Shown here: piece after piece, positions 1-10,802 of the stretch
How positions within the stretch are numbered: the first letter of the stretch is position 1
How the letters are laid out: every line of letters starts with the position of its first letter
NCBI GenBank assembly: GCA_965216315.1
Contig: CBDCFN010000016.1
Coordinates: 96,001-160,000, forward strand
Direction: 5' to 3'
Length of the DNA: 64,000 nt
From: a bacterium
Lineage (GTDB): Bacteria > UBA10199 > 2-02-FULL-50-16 > JAJFLM01
Notes under the pieces: model-generated
Told to the model about the DNA's origin: nothing
What the model saw: the letters and a program-made list of their open reading frames with translations, nothing else
The model's database searches: none
Translations under genes and position numbers: made by a program

Positions 1-966
1 TCTCGGTTACAACGGATATTTGTTGGTAGGCTCGGAGTAAAACATGATGTGGCCCAACGTTGGCTTGATGCGCGGCAGATTCCCTTGAGAGAATTGCACG
101 CCGAGGCGGCCGTGGGAGAGGTGCTCAAGCTGGACGCGCTTCATGCCTTGGCGCGCCTTTATTTGAAATCACCGGCCGTGCTGGGGAACTTTAGCGAGTT
201 GTATCCATCCGTCGTCGAAAGATTTCTCATTCTTATGCAGGATATCGCAGAGCTGCGGAAGCGTCCTACGATAGACGGTTTGTACGTGAGTCAGGGACGT
301 CTCTTTGGTAGCCCGCGGTTTAGTGGCGGTTGGCGTTTGTCTCCGTCGGCTTCGGCCCGGATATTTCATGCGCAGTATTATTGGTATGTTCCTGGCGATG
401 TCGGTTTGACTTCTGAACAACTCATCGCCGAGCTTAATGACCCTGTCGCTTTTTATGAGTCCCTTCCGCAGATGAAAGGGAGTTATGAACTCATCAAACT
501 GCCAAACGCTGAACCGGGTCGAAAATATTATGAAATGACAGCCGGTCTTGCCGGAAGCCTCGAGTTAAAAACCCTGCTAAATGTGTCCGAGCCGGCGCTT
601 TTTCTGGGAGGTGGTGTTTTTTTGTCTGATTGGAAGATGGAGGCGATGGATGCCGTGTTACTGCAAATAGCTCTGAACGATATCAGAAGAATCGTGATAC
701 CTATAAAGAATGGCGGGCATGTTATAAGCGATGTTCGTCGGTCGGCTGTTGTGCCGGAACTACAAAAAGAGTTCAACGATACAGGTGTCCAACTGGTAGC
801 CTTAGATTATTTGAATGAGGCGGTTTCAGTGTCGGTGCAGGCTGCCCAGCGCAAAGCGGGACAGGTGCCTGTTGAGCTGCGATTCACGTCAGGGTCCATT
901 TGGAAGACCGGTCGCATGAATCAATGTTTTCCACCAAGAAAGTGTGACGCGCAAATTGCCGAGTAA
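1..966 (+). CDS. Hypothetical protein, probably 5'-truncated by the window edge
   Basis: Frame 1 is open from base 1 to the stop at 966; no recognisable motif. Confidence 0.55.
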   Translation, partial: SRLQRIFVGRLGVKHDVAQRWLDARQIPLRELHAEAAVGEVLKLDALHALARLYLKSPAVLGNFSELYPSVVERFLILMQDIAELRKRPTIDGLYVSQGRLFGSPRFSGGWRLSPSASARIFHAQYYWYVPGDVGLTSEQLIAELNDPVAFYESLPQMKGSYELIKLPNAEPGRKYYEMTAGLAGSLELKTLLNVSEPALFLGGGVFLSDWKMEAMDAVLLQIALNDIRRIVIPIKNGGHVISDVRRSAVVPELQKEFNDTGVQLVALDYLNEAVSVSVQAAQRKAGQVPVELRFTSGSIWKTGRMNQCFPPRKCDAQIAE

Positions 967-1073
967 CGTATGAGTCACATAAATATAATTTTGCTTCGGT
1001 GTGTATCATTAATAGTTTCGTCATTCGGCACGGCATTACAAAAACTTTGTCAACCCCAGTCAATGAAAGGGAG

Positions 1074-1718
1074 TTATTTGGGTGTCCGAATCATTTCAAA
1101 TACACCTGGCTTGATCCGAGCATTTGAACTGCGACCTGATGGCGTCACGGGTCCTTTGATGGGATTATTGAGCTGATATGTTTGTGGCTCATCATCTTCA
1201 CTGTCCGATGACTTTGGCGTATCGACCGTAAAGGCATCGGGCTCCGGCGCGGGAAATTCCATGACCGGCTCTTCGGCGTAGGCGACCGTTTCTTCATTTT
1301 CATTCTCCGCCCAGTTGATGACGATTGTGCCGAGATCTATGTCGCCGTGGCCCGCCGGGACGGAGAAGGTAGCGCTAAATTCCACTTCGTTAAGGGGGAA
1401 AAAGACGGTGATGGTTTGGTCAGCGACGACGAGTTGGAGGCCGTAATTGTCGCCGACGTGGACCAGACCTTTGAAAGTACAGTCGGATGAGAGCTGCAGG
1501 GAAAAGGCGTTTTCTATCGGTGCACTGATGGCAACGACTTCGTCGACTTCACAGCTGCCATCAAGGAGGATGCGTCCTGCGACACTACGGAATTGGTGTG
1601 GATTGGTCGCTTCAGTGCCGCCCTGAAAATTCCATTCCGCAGGACCGCCGGCTTGGCAGGCCACGAGGCCCCAGATCAATAATAAACTCGCGACGCGGAT
1701 GAGGCGGATTTTCTTCAT
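1074..1718 (-). CDS. Putative lipoprotein, partner of TIGR02147 protein
   Basis: Lipobox LVAC; GGTEATNP motif; overlaps the upstream stop; paralog of 9937..10650. Confidence 0.7.
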   Translation of the reverse strand: MKKIRLIRVASLLLIWGLVACQAGGPAEWNFQGGTEATNPHQFRSVAGRILLDGSCEVDEVVAISAPIENAFSLQLSSDCTFKGLVHVGDNYGLQLVVADQTITVFFPLNEVEFSATFSVPAGHGDIDLGTIVINWAENENEETVAYAEEPVMEFPAPEPDAFTVDTPKSSDSEDDEPQTYQLNNPIKGPVTPSGRSSNARIKPGVFEMIRTPK

Positions 1719-2599
1719 GTGCGTTTTTCCTTATTTTCGGTTGCCGTGACCGGTAGGAGCTGCAGGGAGAGGAGTACGACTTCTTCGGGTTCCGTTACGC
1801 TTGAGACCAATTTAAGAATCTCGCCACGAAACTCTTCAATTTTCTTTTTTAGGATCGGAATATCGGAACACTTGATTCCTAAGGTAAGGGCGCTGATATC
1901 GCGTTGATCGGGTTTGACCTCGGCCATGCGATTCCTCATGAGCTCGAGTATGCTGTGATAGTAATTGAAAAGCGGAATGTGTGAGGCATCTTGTCCTGAA
2001 GTGACAAGCGGAGAAGACTGTTCCCATTTGACGGACTCTTTGTCGGAGGTTCGTTTAATAAACTCCATGCGTTCGAGTAGTTCGAGGGATTCCGCGACTT
2101 GACCGGAAGAGATGGCAGGCTTGATGCGCCGGGCGATCCATTCATGGGTACCGTCATATTCCGGGGAGATCGCAAGTTCGCGGACGACCGGATGATACCA
2201 AGTTGAATAGTAGTCGTATTGATACCTGGCGACGGGTTGGAGCCGGTGATATTCTTGCGAACAGACGAGTTTCCGATAAAAGCTATTTTTTTCGTCATGG
2301 GATGTGGCCTGATTAAAAAAGACAAGATTGGTGAAATATTCCGCTTCCGGACGACCGAGAGTGAGGCCGCGGATGAATTTTTTTATACTGGACTCCGTGA
2401 GATTGCGGTCCCCGTCCATGACGAATTTATACACGCTGGGGGAACGTAGTCCGGCCTTGCGGGAGAAGAAGCGATAGGAGAAGTTATATGCTTGTTTGGC
2501 CTGCTCCAGCCAGTCGCGCAGAAATTGGCGATAATCGAGATAGTCAAAGATACTGACTTCCTGCTTAGGTTTCGATTGTGTCTCTTCAAGTACGAACAT
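1715..2599 (-). CDS. TIGR02147 (DUF4423) family protein
   Basis: IFDYLDYRQFLRD, FSYRFFSRKAG, YYSTWYHPVVREL, RDISALTL motifs. Confidence 0.9.
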   Translation of the reverse strand: MFVLEETQSKPKQEVSIFDYLDYRQFLRDWLEQAKQAYNFSYRFFSRKAGLRSPSVYKFVMDGDRNLTESSIKKFIRGLTLGRPEAEYFTNLVFFNQATSHDEKNSFYRKLVCSQEYHRLQPVARYQYDYYSTWYHPVVRELAISPEYDGTHEWIARRIKPAISSGQVAESLELLERMEFIKRTSDKESVKWEQSSPLVTSGQDASHIPLFNYYHSILELMRNRMAEVKPDQRDISALTLGIKCSDIPILKKKIEEFRGEILKLVSSVTEPEEVVLLSLQLLPVTATENKEKRT

Positions 2600-2618
2600 G
2601 CCGTTTCCTTAGCTGTAT

Positions 2619-2767
2619 TTATCGACGACGTACTGCGATCGTTGCGTTCGGGTCCACTGCAAGTCGTGACAAAACGTCCACGCGAGTGGACAAGCTAATT
2701 GTAATTATCGGCTGATAACGGGAGACGTTGTGGCAAAGGCGGCGTTTCTGTTTACGTGAGTCAACAG
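2619..2767 (-). promoter_or_regulatory. Two RCAAC-N16-CGATAA promoters plus palindromic operator
   Basis: Motifs at 2619-2645 and 2705-2731; CTGTTTAC-GTGA-GTCAACAG at 2748-2767. Confidence 0.6.
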
Positions 2768-2822
2768 TTGTTATTGGCATAAATTAACTGGCAGGGGCGA
2801 AGTGATTCTTTGCCTTATTAAT

Positions 2823-3968
2823 TTAGTTGGTTTTAGTGAGTAGCGCAGGCAATTCTTTTAGGCATATCGACAACGGGATAACATCGATTTTTCCTTCACT
2901 CATGCGTCGGGACCCTCCATAGACGAGATAGGCCTTGGCTTGAGGATAGTCGCGCAAGAAAGATCTCAGACCGGAAAAATCCTTTTTTTGAATTTTGGCG
3001 GTGCGCTTGATTTCAATCGCGACGAGGCCTTGTTTGCCATACAGGATGAAGTCGACTTCTGCTCCATTGGCGGTGCGCCAGTAGAAGAGTTCGTAACCCG
3101 GATTATAATAGTCGTTAATGGCCCTGAGCTCCTGAAACAAGAGTGTTTCAAAGGAGACCCCTTCGATTTCTTCAGGCCTGTCCAGCGGCCCCGCTGGGCG
3201 TATGGTCCTGAAGACCCCCACATCAAAGAAATAGAATTTTGGATGGGTGACCGTGCGTCGTTTGGCTCGTTTGGTGAAGACGGGGAGTCGGACACCGATT
3301 AAGAGGTCTTCCAGAATAGTAAAGTAACTTTCTACGACTTTTCGCTCAGTGGCGCATTCACGCGCGACTTCTGAAATATTGAGTACAGAGCCTTGAGAAA
3401 AACTTGCGGCCTCCATAAACCGTGCAAAGGTTCCGAGGTTGCGAGTGAGCCCTTCTGCCTGGACTTCTTCTTTGAGATAAGTCTTAACATAACTCTCAAG
3501 ATATTTTTTGGGGTCGGGTTCGCTTGGAATGGCCGGTAAGTGTCCAAACTGGAGCGAGCGCTCTAAATTAAAGTCACGGCCGAGTTCATTTGTTGTAAGT
3601 GGATACAGATTATAGGTGAGGGCGCGTCCTGCCAGTAGATTGACGCCTTTGCGGCGTAATTTTCGGGCACTGGATCCCGTTAGGATAAAGTGATGCCGTT
3701 TTTTTTCGATGAGACGATGCACTTCATCTAGTAGTGTTGGGACTTTCTGGATTTCATCGATAATGATCCAGTCATCAAAACCTTGAGGGATAAAGTTTTC
3801 GAGTCTTTGCGGGTGAGCTAAGAGATCAGTGTATATATCGGCTTCCAATAGGTCCAGGTAGAGCGCATCAGGATATTGCTTTTGAACCCAAGTTGATTTT
3901 CCGGTTCCGCGCGGGCCAAAAAGAAAGAAACTTTTTTTTTCGGGGGGCTTGAGTAATCTGGAGTACAT
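2823..3968 (-). CDS. AAA_14 / DUF4143 ATP-binding protein
   Basis: Walker A GPRGTGKS, IIDEIQK, LTGSS, C-terminal EVDF..AIEIK; likely start MYSRLL at 3968. Confidence 0.9.
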   Translation of the reverse strand: MYSRLLKPPEKKSFFLFGPRGTGKSTWVQKQYPDALYLDLLEADIYTDLLAHPQRLENFIPQGFDDWIIIDEIQKVPTLLDEVHRLIEKKRHHFILTGSSARKLRRKGVNLLAGRALTYNLYPLTTNELGRDFNLERSLQFGHLPAIPSEPDPKKYLESYVKTYLKEEVQAEGLTRNLGTFARFMEAASFSQGSVLNISEVARECATERKVVESYFTILEDLLIGVRLPVFTKRAKRRTVTHPKFYFFDVGVFRTIRPAGPLDRPEEIEGVSFETLLFQELRAINDYYNPGYELFYWRTANGAEVDFILYGKQGLVAIEIKRTAKIQKKDFSGLRSFLRDYPQAKAYLVYGGSRRMSEGKIDVIPLSICLKELPALLTKTN

Positions 3969-4056
3969 AACTCCATAATGCATATAAATATGGAATTATC
4001 AATTCCATATTGCATATTATTTATATTGAGAGAAGATGTATAAATATCTAATAATA

Positions 4057-5316
4057 TCAGCTAGTTATCTTTATATCGGAGACCTCATCTTCTTCTACAG
4101 CAATTTGTTCGTTCTCAGCCATCTCGTCTTGAACCGCCGCGGCTAAATCTTCAGTGATGACGACGCGTAGTCGGGCGGGTGTTTTCATGCGGTGCCATTC
4201 GTCGGCCAACTGGAGGCGGACGTCTTGAAAGTCTTTGTAAGCAGAGGCGGAATGATTCATTTCTTCATGGATGGCGAGTTTATTGAGCCTTGATCTGACA
4301 AATCTATAAAGAATCACGACGGCTATCCCGAGGCTCATAAAATATCCAGCAAGAGAGATCGTAGGAATGGTGCAGGATCCAAAATAGAAGAGCATGAACC
4401 CCAGAATAAATGGGAATTCGGTGTTCCAAAAATTACTCATTATTAGCCTATCCGCTTGTAGCTCTTGGTTCAAGCGCAGTTCCTGTTTGTCGAGGGTGAG
4501 GCGCGCCTCTTCCAGCTGAATCCGAGTCGATTCGAACAGGATATTCTGCTGATCATTTTTTTCGGAATGAGTGCTGAGTTGTTTGGAGAGGGTATCGGCC
4601 AAACGGCGGAGCAGGAGACGTTCTGGGCGATGGATATCGATGACGTTCGGTGCCACGCGATAGAGTTGATCAAGCTCACATGAGCCGGGGATTTCTATTA
4701 GTTTTATGTCTGCGCCCGTTGCGTTGGCGTGAATAAACTTGGTCAGTTGCGCCAGCGCTTCTAGCTCTAAGGTAATATCAGGACGGCCTAAGAGCTGTAT
4801 GAGGACAATGAGTGCATAGTTTTGTAATAAATCCGCTGCGACATAAATATGAGCATAACTACTATCAAGATAACTTTTATTTAATCGAGGTTGTTGTGCG
4901 CTGATGAAAGCCCGCATTATTTGAATACCCCGCCGGGTTTCTTGCTGAGGGGTGGCGGCTTCAAAGGCTTGCAGGGCGGCGATTTTTTCTCGCAGCGAAA
5001 TCTCTCGGGAACTGAGCAGAGCGGCCAGCTCCGTTAAATTCCAGCCGTGTCGAATTCGGTAAGGGGCTCGGGGCGGCCCTGTTTCATCAGCGCTCATAAA
5101 ACAAGGTGCAACTTGTTGAGTCATGAGCTGTTCCGTATAGGACTGTGCTGCCGCGCGATCCGTAAGTTGTGCAAAGTGATAGTGTTGATCGAGTTGGCAC
5201 TGATAAGCGGAGATGCTGGCTGGCACTCCTGAGCAGGAGACATCAAAAACCGAGTAGGTACTGGAGACCAGCTGAGTCGGTACGACTGACGATGAAAGCA
5301 CTGTCGAAGAGAACAT
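4057..5316 (-). CDS. Hypothetical protein with coiled coil and C-terminal TM hairpin
   Basis: Long ORF; start reassigned to MFSSTVLSS at 5316, 7 nt downstream of the promoter motif at 5324-5350. Confidence 0.65.
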   Translation of the reverse strand: MFSSTVLSSSVVPTQLVSSTYSVFDVSCSGVPASISAYQCQLDQHYHFAQLTDRAAAQSYTEQLMTQQVAPCFMSADETGPPRAPYRIRHGWNLTELAALLSSREISLREKIAALQAFEAATPQQETRRGIQIMRAFISAQQPRLNKSYLDSSYAHIYVAADLLQNYALIVLIQLLGRPDITLELEALAQLTKFIHANATGADIKLIEIPGSCELDQLYRVAPNVIDIHRPERLLLRRLADTLSKQLSTHSEKNDQQNILFESTRIQLEEARLTLDKQELRLNQELQADRLIMSNFWNTEFPFILGFMLFYFGSCTIPTISLAGYFMSLGIAVVILYRFVRSRLNKLAIHEEMNHSASAYKDFQDVRLQLADEWHRMKTPARLRVVITEDLAAAVQDEMAENEQIAVEEDEVSDIKITS

Positions 5317-5480
5317 AACAGCATTTTCGCGATGAGAGGGGAATCGTTGCGGGAGAGTTGACCTCGCATCACATAAAGCGTCCACATCCGTGGATGATAA
5401 TTTTCTTCCACGACAACTAAGTCTTGGTCCTCAGCGAGAATGGAGTGAAATAAGTGCGCACCATTTGAAGGAGGAATAGG

Positions 5481-7967
5481 ATGTATAGCAAACTGAATTT
5501 AGCGGTAGGATTTTTTATTCTCATGCTTGGGGTAATGCCTCTATCAGCTAGGGCTGCAACAATTACCGTCGATACCAATGCAGATCTTACTGATGGTAAT
5601 AGCAGCGGCTTTTGCAATCTGCGTGAAGCAATTGAAAATGCCAATGATCCGAATGGCGTTGATCAGTCCGGTGGCGATTGTGAAAGCGGCGACATCGGGC
5701 ACGATGAAGTTGTATTTGATGACATCACGAATACGATTCCGATTGTCATTAACTTCAACGGCCCGGGCGATTTAGATATTACTGATAGCGTCACGGTGAG
5801 TGGCAATGGCCCAGCTCAGACCATAATTGACGGTAACTCCTTATTCCGCCTCTTTGATATCGTTGCCGGTGCCGGAGGCGTCATACTAAGCGGACTAACC
5901 ATGCAGCACGCATCAGCGGATGCCGGTGCCGCGGTGCGGGCCTTTTCCGATTTGACAATAGAGAACTGCCTAATCACCGACAATGAGCAGACAGATGCCG
6001 CCAGTGGTGGCGGAGGCATTTCGGTAGGTGGGATTGGCACGACCCTCATCATTCAGAACAGTACGCTCTCCAATCATACGAGCGTCGCCGGATCAGGGGG
6101 TGCGCTCTACAGCGCCGGCCTCTCGTCTAACGTCTCAATCATTAATAGTACGGTGAGCGGGAACAATGCGGGAAGTAATGAAGACGGCGGTGGAATATTT
6201 CATTTAGGTGGAACGCTCACGATAAAGAATTCAACCATAACAAATAATTCAGCAGCCATGGGAGGCACCGGTGGAGGGCTCTTTGTTGCGGGTGGCCTCG
6301 TGAATATATCCAATACGATCCTGGCGCTGAACACGGCTTTTGATTCGTCTGACTGTTCAGGGACTATTACGAGTTCTACTTACAATATCATCAGTGACAC
6401 GCAAGGCTGCACGCTGGATTCAGCCATGGGCAATTTGCTTCACGTCGACCCGCTTGTAGGTGAATTGACCGATAATGGTGGGCTCATGGCCACACATGCA
6501 TTATTGCCGGGGAGTCCAGCCATTGATCAGGGTAGCAGCGTAGCCTGTGCCGATTCCGATCTCAATGGAATAGATCAGCGCGGGAGTCCAAGGTGTGTGG
6601 ATGCCAAAGGGCTTGGAAATCCAAATGCTATCGACATTGGGGCTTATGAAGTACAGGCTCATACCGTCACCAAGTTAGAAGATGTAAGTGGGGTACTTTG
6701 TGCGATAAACGATTGCTCACTCCGTGATGCCCTTGCCGTTGCGAATATAGCGAAGGGAACCGATGCTATCAATTTTGCGGATTCCGTTGCAGGTACAATG
6801 AATATTGATCCGAACCTGGGTCAATTATTGGTGTCGGATAACGTGGCTATTTACGGACCGGGCGCCGATGTATTGAACCTTGATGCCAATAAGATGAACC
6901 GAATTCTCCTTTTGAGTGGAATTGCAAATACGGCTGAAATTTCAGGACTGACCTTCAATCAGGGGGGTATCAGCGGCGGTAATGTGGGAGCTATATCAAG
7001 TACGGGGAATTTGTTTCTAAGAAACTGTGCTGTCCGCAATAGTGTGAGCGGTAGCAATGGTGCGGGCATTACCAATGCCGGCAGCGGCAATCTTGTGATT
7101 GAAAATTGCACGGTCAGCAATAATGTTGCCGAAGCGGGTGCCGGCGGCGGCATCTATCAAGGCAGCAGTGGTGCATTAACGATTACGAACAGCACCTTGA
7201 GCGGCAATCAAGCAGAACTCGGTGGCGGCGCTCTCTACGTCGGGAACGGGTCGGTATCGCTCAATAATATCTCCATGACCGGCAATGTCGTGCAAGCCGG
7301 CGACGGCGGCGGCATCTATCGCACCAACGGTACCATTAACGTGCGCAATTCGTTAATTGTAGGCAACAGCGATCTAGAAATGAGCGTTGATGCTCCGGAT
7401 TGCTACGTGACCGGCATCTTGCCGGCCATTCAGTCGCTCGGATATAACCTCTTGGGGGATGTCGACATCGGAGATGATGACTGCAACTTTAACGGACCCG
7501 GCGACATTTTGGATTTCATTGCAAGTGGGGGGAGTATCAATGGCATCCTCGATACGACATTGCGCAACAACGGCGGCTCTACGCTGACTCATGCCTTAGT
7601 GGCGTCGAGCCCGGCCATTGACGCCGGCGATGCGAACGGTTGCTCGGATGCCGAAGACGTTACACTTGCGACGGATCAGCGGGGATGGACGCGTCCGGTC
7701 GGAAGCGCCTGTGACATCGGGGCCTATGAGGTCGGGTTTTGCGGGGATGGCATCGTGGATCCGGGTGAAGAGTGCGATGATGGCAATACCGATGACGGCG
7801 ACGGTTGCAACAGCGGGTGTGAGATCGAAGTGGCCTCCGGTGAAGATGGAGGCGAGGCCGGTTCAGGTGATGGCTTAGGTGATGATGGTAATGATGATAG
7901 CAGCGACTTAGGAGCTGCGGAAGATTCCGGCATCAATTCAGGCGGCGGGTGTTCCTTAATGCGTTAG
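5481..7967 (+). CDS. Secreted CSLREA / choice-of-anchor Q beta-helix surface protein with Myxococcus Cys-rich repeat
   Basis: Signal peptide; CNLREA and CSLRDA; GGAI/GGGI repeats; NGG.T.THAL..SPAID..DQRG..CDIGAYE twice; CGDG..EECDDGN; ends GGGCSLMR. Confidence 0.9.
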   Translation: MYSKLNLAVGFFILMLGVMPLSARAATITVDTNADLTDGNSSGFCNLREAIENANDPNGVDQSGGDCESGDIGHDEVVFDDITNTIPIVINFNGPGDLDITDSVTVSGNGPAQTIIDGNSLFRLFDIVAGAGGVILSGLTMQHASADAGAAVRAFSDLTIENCLITDNEQTDAASGGGGISVGGIGTTLIIQNSTLSNHTSVAGSGGALYSAGLSSNVSIINSTVSGNNAGSNEDGGGIFHLGGTLTIKNSTITNNSAAMGGTGGGLFVAGGLVNISNTILALNTAFDSSDCSGTITSSTYNIISDTQGCTLDSAMGNLLHVDPLVGELTDNGGLMATHALLPGSPAIDQGSSVACADSDLNGIDQRGSPRCVDAKGLGNPNAIDIGAYEVQAHTVTKLEDVSGVLCAINDCSLRDALAVANIAKGTDAINFADSVAGTMNIDPNLGQLLVSDNVAIYGPGADVLNLDANKMNRILLLSGIANTAEISGLTFNQGGISGGNVGAISSTGNLFLRNCAVRNSVSGSNGAGITNAGSGNLVIENCTVSNNVAEAGAGGGIYQGSSGALTITNSTLSGNQAELGGGALYVGNGSVSLNNISMTGNVVQAGDGGGIYRTNGTINVRNSLIVGNSDLEMSVDAPDCYVTGILPAIQSLGYNLLGDVDIGDDDCNFNGPGDILDFIASGGSINGILDTTLRNNGGSTLTHALVASSPAIDAGDANGCSDAEDVTLATDQRGWTRPVGSACDIGAYEVGFCGDGIVDPGEECDDGNTDDGDGCNSGCEIEVASGEDGGEAGSGDGLGDDGNDDSSDLGAAEDSGINSGGGCSLMR

Positions 7968-7974
7968 TAGCTAA

Positions 7975-8772
7975 TTAGGCCAGCACGGTCGAGCGAACGA
8001 GGTCGCGCTTGCTGCGCGTGCGGTCTTTGGCAGCCTCAATCAATGGGCGTGCGCTTTCAAACAGGTACGTCCCGTCATTCATAGTCGAAAAATGGTCATG
8101 GGCGCGGTCGTAGGTCTCCGCCGTACGGTGACTCGGGCCGTCGGCAAGAAAGAGCAGGTCGGCGCTTGTCTCCAGCAGACTTGCGTAGCTGCCGCGTTGC
8201 TGGAGGTCGGGCTCGTGCGGCGGCCAACATAAGTAACTGCGCAGGGAGAGTTGGGTTCCCGCTAAGGCGCGCTCGCTCTGTCCGAGCCGCCAGGCATTGT
8301 ATGAAAATTCTAACATGGCTTTGGCCGCGTTGAGAATCACTCCCGCCTGCCGCCAGATGGCCGCCTCGTCGCGCGCTTTTTGTTCCGCTTCCAGCAGTGA
8401 TGCCGTGGCCGGTTCGATTGCATTACTCTTTAAATAATGAAACACACTTTGTATCGCTATCTGGGTGGCGCGTTCTTCATTTCGCGCGGCTTCAATCAGC
8501 TGGCTGAGTTCCTGCTGATAGCGGCTGACTTGAAAAGGGCGGGCGATCGTGAACCGCAGCGCTTGAAAGCCCCGTGCCAACATACCGGGCATGCGGGAAC
8601 GAAAACGTCTAATACGAAGGATGGGGGGCCTTGAGGCCGGATCGACAAAGTCAGGTTGCAATGGCCGTTGTGTTCCGAAGTCGCGCCAGGGCTGAGACGC
8701 ACTGTGCAGGCACCAGTTGGGTAGCCGGGCCGCGGTCATCGCGGCGGGAATCTGGAGGACGAGGGCGCTCAT
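7975..8772 (-). CDS. Hypothetical helical protein
   Basis: 265 aa ORF with promoter motif at 8783-8809. Confidence 0.6.
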   Translation of the reverse strand: MSALVLQIPAAMTAARLPNWCLHSASQPWRDFGTQRPLQPDFVDPASRPPILRIRRFRSRMPGMLARGFQALRFTIARPFQVSRYQQELSQLIEAARNEERATQIAIQSVFHYLKSNAIEPATASLLEAEQKARDEAAIWRQAGVILNAAKAMLEFSYNAWRLGQSERALAGTQLSLRSYLCWPPHEPDLQQRGSYASLLETSADLLFLADGPSHRTAETYDRAHDHFSTMNDGTYLFESARPLIEAAKDRTRSKRDLVRSTVLA

Positions 8773-8934
8773 GATAGGCCCGGTATCGAAGCAGAAAGCG
8801 ATGAGTTGTGGCTTTTTTGTTTAGGGGTCGTGTGAGGCCTCGGCCCCAATGAAACGGAGCAGGCTGCGCGCGACGCCCGTATTTTTGACCGCAATAAGTA
8901 CCTGTTGTTATGGAAAACTGATGAAAGTGATTAT

Positions 8935-9060
8935 CTGTTAACACGAGTCAACAGATAAGATCTTCGTTCACAGCTGTGAACAGATATTCCCGATTAAATG
9001 CAACTACCAGTTGTCTTAAACTGACATCGACGCGCAACTCTCATGACAATAGTCCGATAA
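8935..9060 (+). promoter_or_regulatory. Two palindromic operators plus GCAAC-N16/17 promoters
   Basis: Palindromes at 8935-8954 and 8964-8983; GCAAC at 9000 and GCAAC-N16-CGATAA at 9034-9060. Confidence 0.6.
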
Positions 9061-9077
9061 TACTGTGAACACTGGAA

Positions 9078-9926
9078 ATGATTATGCCGACTAAACAAAC
9101 ACAGCTATCGATTATTAATTATTTAGACTACCGACAGTTTTTATGCGATTGGTATGCGGCAGCTAAGAAGCAATATGGTTTTTCCTATCGGGTATTCTCG
9201 AGGAGAGCGGGCTTTAATTCACCCGCCGTGTTTAAGCAGGTGGCCGAGGGTGACCGGGGCCTGACGGAAAAGAGCTTGCCTAAATTTGCCAAGGGACTTG
9301 GTCTTAATGCTGAGGATAAGAAGTACTTTTATCTGCTGGTAAAATTTAATCAGGCCAAAAGCCACGAGAAGAAAAACACCTATTATCAAAAACTTATCCG
9401 TACGCGACAGTATCGGGAACTCAAACCGGTTGCTGAGGATCAGTACGAATACTATTCGACTTGGTATCATGCGGTTGTCCGCGAGCTTGTCGTTACCAAG
9501 GAATTTGACGGCAACCCGGAATGGGTCGCAAAGCGAGTGACGCCGCGGCTGACGATCGAACAGGTTCAACATTCGATAAATCTATTGGAGAGGCTTGGCT
9601 TTATCGCGAGGAATGAAAGTGAGGCCGGACCACTATGGTTGCAGGCGAGTCCGGTAGTCAGCTCCGGTGCCGAAGTGGCGTCGATTCCCCTGTTTAATTA
9701 TCATCGTTCCGTCTTGGATCTGGTTAAAAATCAGATGACGACAGTGGCTTGGCAAAACCGGGATGTGAGTACGTTAACCATCGGGATGGTCAAGGAACGT
9801 TTGCCTGAACTGAAGAAGAAAATCCAAGAATTCAGGCGCGAGATTATTCAAATGGTCTCTTCCGATCGCGATACGGAAGAGGTCTTTGTCCTGTCCATGC
9901 AGCTTTTACCCGTCACCGAAATGTAG
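9078..9926 (+). CDS. TIGR02147 (DUF4423) family protein
   Basis: Clear paralog of 1715..2599 (YLDYRQFL, YYSTWYH, RDVSTLT). Confidence 0.9.
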   Translation: MIMPTKQTQLSIINYLDYRQFLCDWYAAAKKQYGFSYRVFSRRAGFNSPAVFKQVAEGDRGLTEKSLPKFAKGLGLNAEDKKYFYLLVKFNQAKSHEKKNTYYQKLIRTRQYRELKPVAEDQYEYYSTWYHAVVRELVVTKEFDGNPEWVAKRVTPRLTIEQVQHSINLLERLGFIARNESEAGPLWLQASPVVSSGAEVASIPLFNYHRSVLDLVKNQMTTVAWQNRDVSTLTIGMVKERLPELKKKIQEFRREIIQMVSSDRDTEEVFVLSMQLLPVTEM

Positions 9927-9936
9927 CGCAAAGGAA

Positions 9937-10650
9937 ATGATTATGATGAAACAAAAGAGTTGGCTTTTAGTGATTCTATTGACTGCATGTTTGGGTACAG
10001 CCTGTCAGCAAGGTACGGCTAACCTGCAGGGACCGTCTTGGCAGGACGAAGCCCAGGAAGGCCTGCTTCCGGAGGGGGGCGAAGATTTGCAGGAGGGGGT
10101 CAGTGAAGCCGGCAATCCGCAACAATTAAGACCGGTGATAGGCGTAGTCATCAACGAGGATCCTGATGTCGTAGCTTGTGGCGCCGATATCGTTATCGCG
10201 ACGACTAAAAAAGGCGAATCGGTTGAGTTTGCGGTAGGGGCCGACTGTGATTTTTTCAAAGAACTTGGAGTCGGGGAAGAATATAGCCTAGCCTTGATCA
10301 AAGACGAGCAAGCCTTGCCGGAAGTCATGTTCAAGGATATGGAGTCGGGCGAGCTCAGTAAGTATTTCTTGCTCCCAAGCGGTGAGGGGCCTTTTGATCT
10401 GGGGATCATCGTTGTTGCTCTTGAGATAATGCCGATTGAAATTTATCCGAACTATGTTGAATCATCTGAGAATGCAGAGGCATCGACTCATGAAACAGTG
10501 GCGGATAGTGAGCAGCTATTCTCAGATAAGTATAGGATTGATCTTCCGGGACCTGATTTAGAGAAACCGACGTCGGCAGATAAGGCCCCTCCGCAGGCAC
10601 CATCGTTGCCGCCCATTAAGATCATGCGCCACCTACATCATAGCTTCTAG
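9937..10650 (+). CDS. Putative lipoprotein, partner of TIGR02147 protein
   Basis: AAGGA RBS before ATG 9937; LTACLGTAC lipobox; GVSEAGNP motif. Confidence 0.7.
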   Translation: MIMMKQKSWLLVILLTACLGTACQQGTANLQGPSWQDEAQEGLLPEGGEDLQEGVSEAGNPQQLRPVIGVVINEDPDVVACGADIVIATTKKGESVEFAVGADCDFFKELGVGEEYSLALIKDEQALPEVMFKDMESGELSKYFLLPSGEGPFDLGIIVVALEIMPIEIYPNYVESSENAEASTHETVADSEQLFSDKYRIDLPGPDLEKPTSADKAPPQAPSLPPIKIMRHLHHSF

Positions 10651-10802
10651 TCTCTTCTTTACGCGTTCACACCCGCGAACAGATAATGACGTCATTCAAC
10701 AACATTCGTTTTCACATTGTCGATTACATAGTAATCGTAATATTTGCGGCAGATCTGAATGTGCTCATGACAACATTTATATGGCGGAGGTTTTTTTTGA
10801 AG

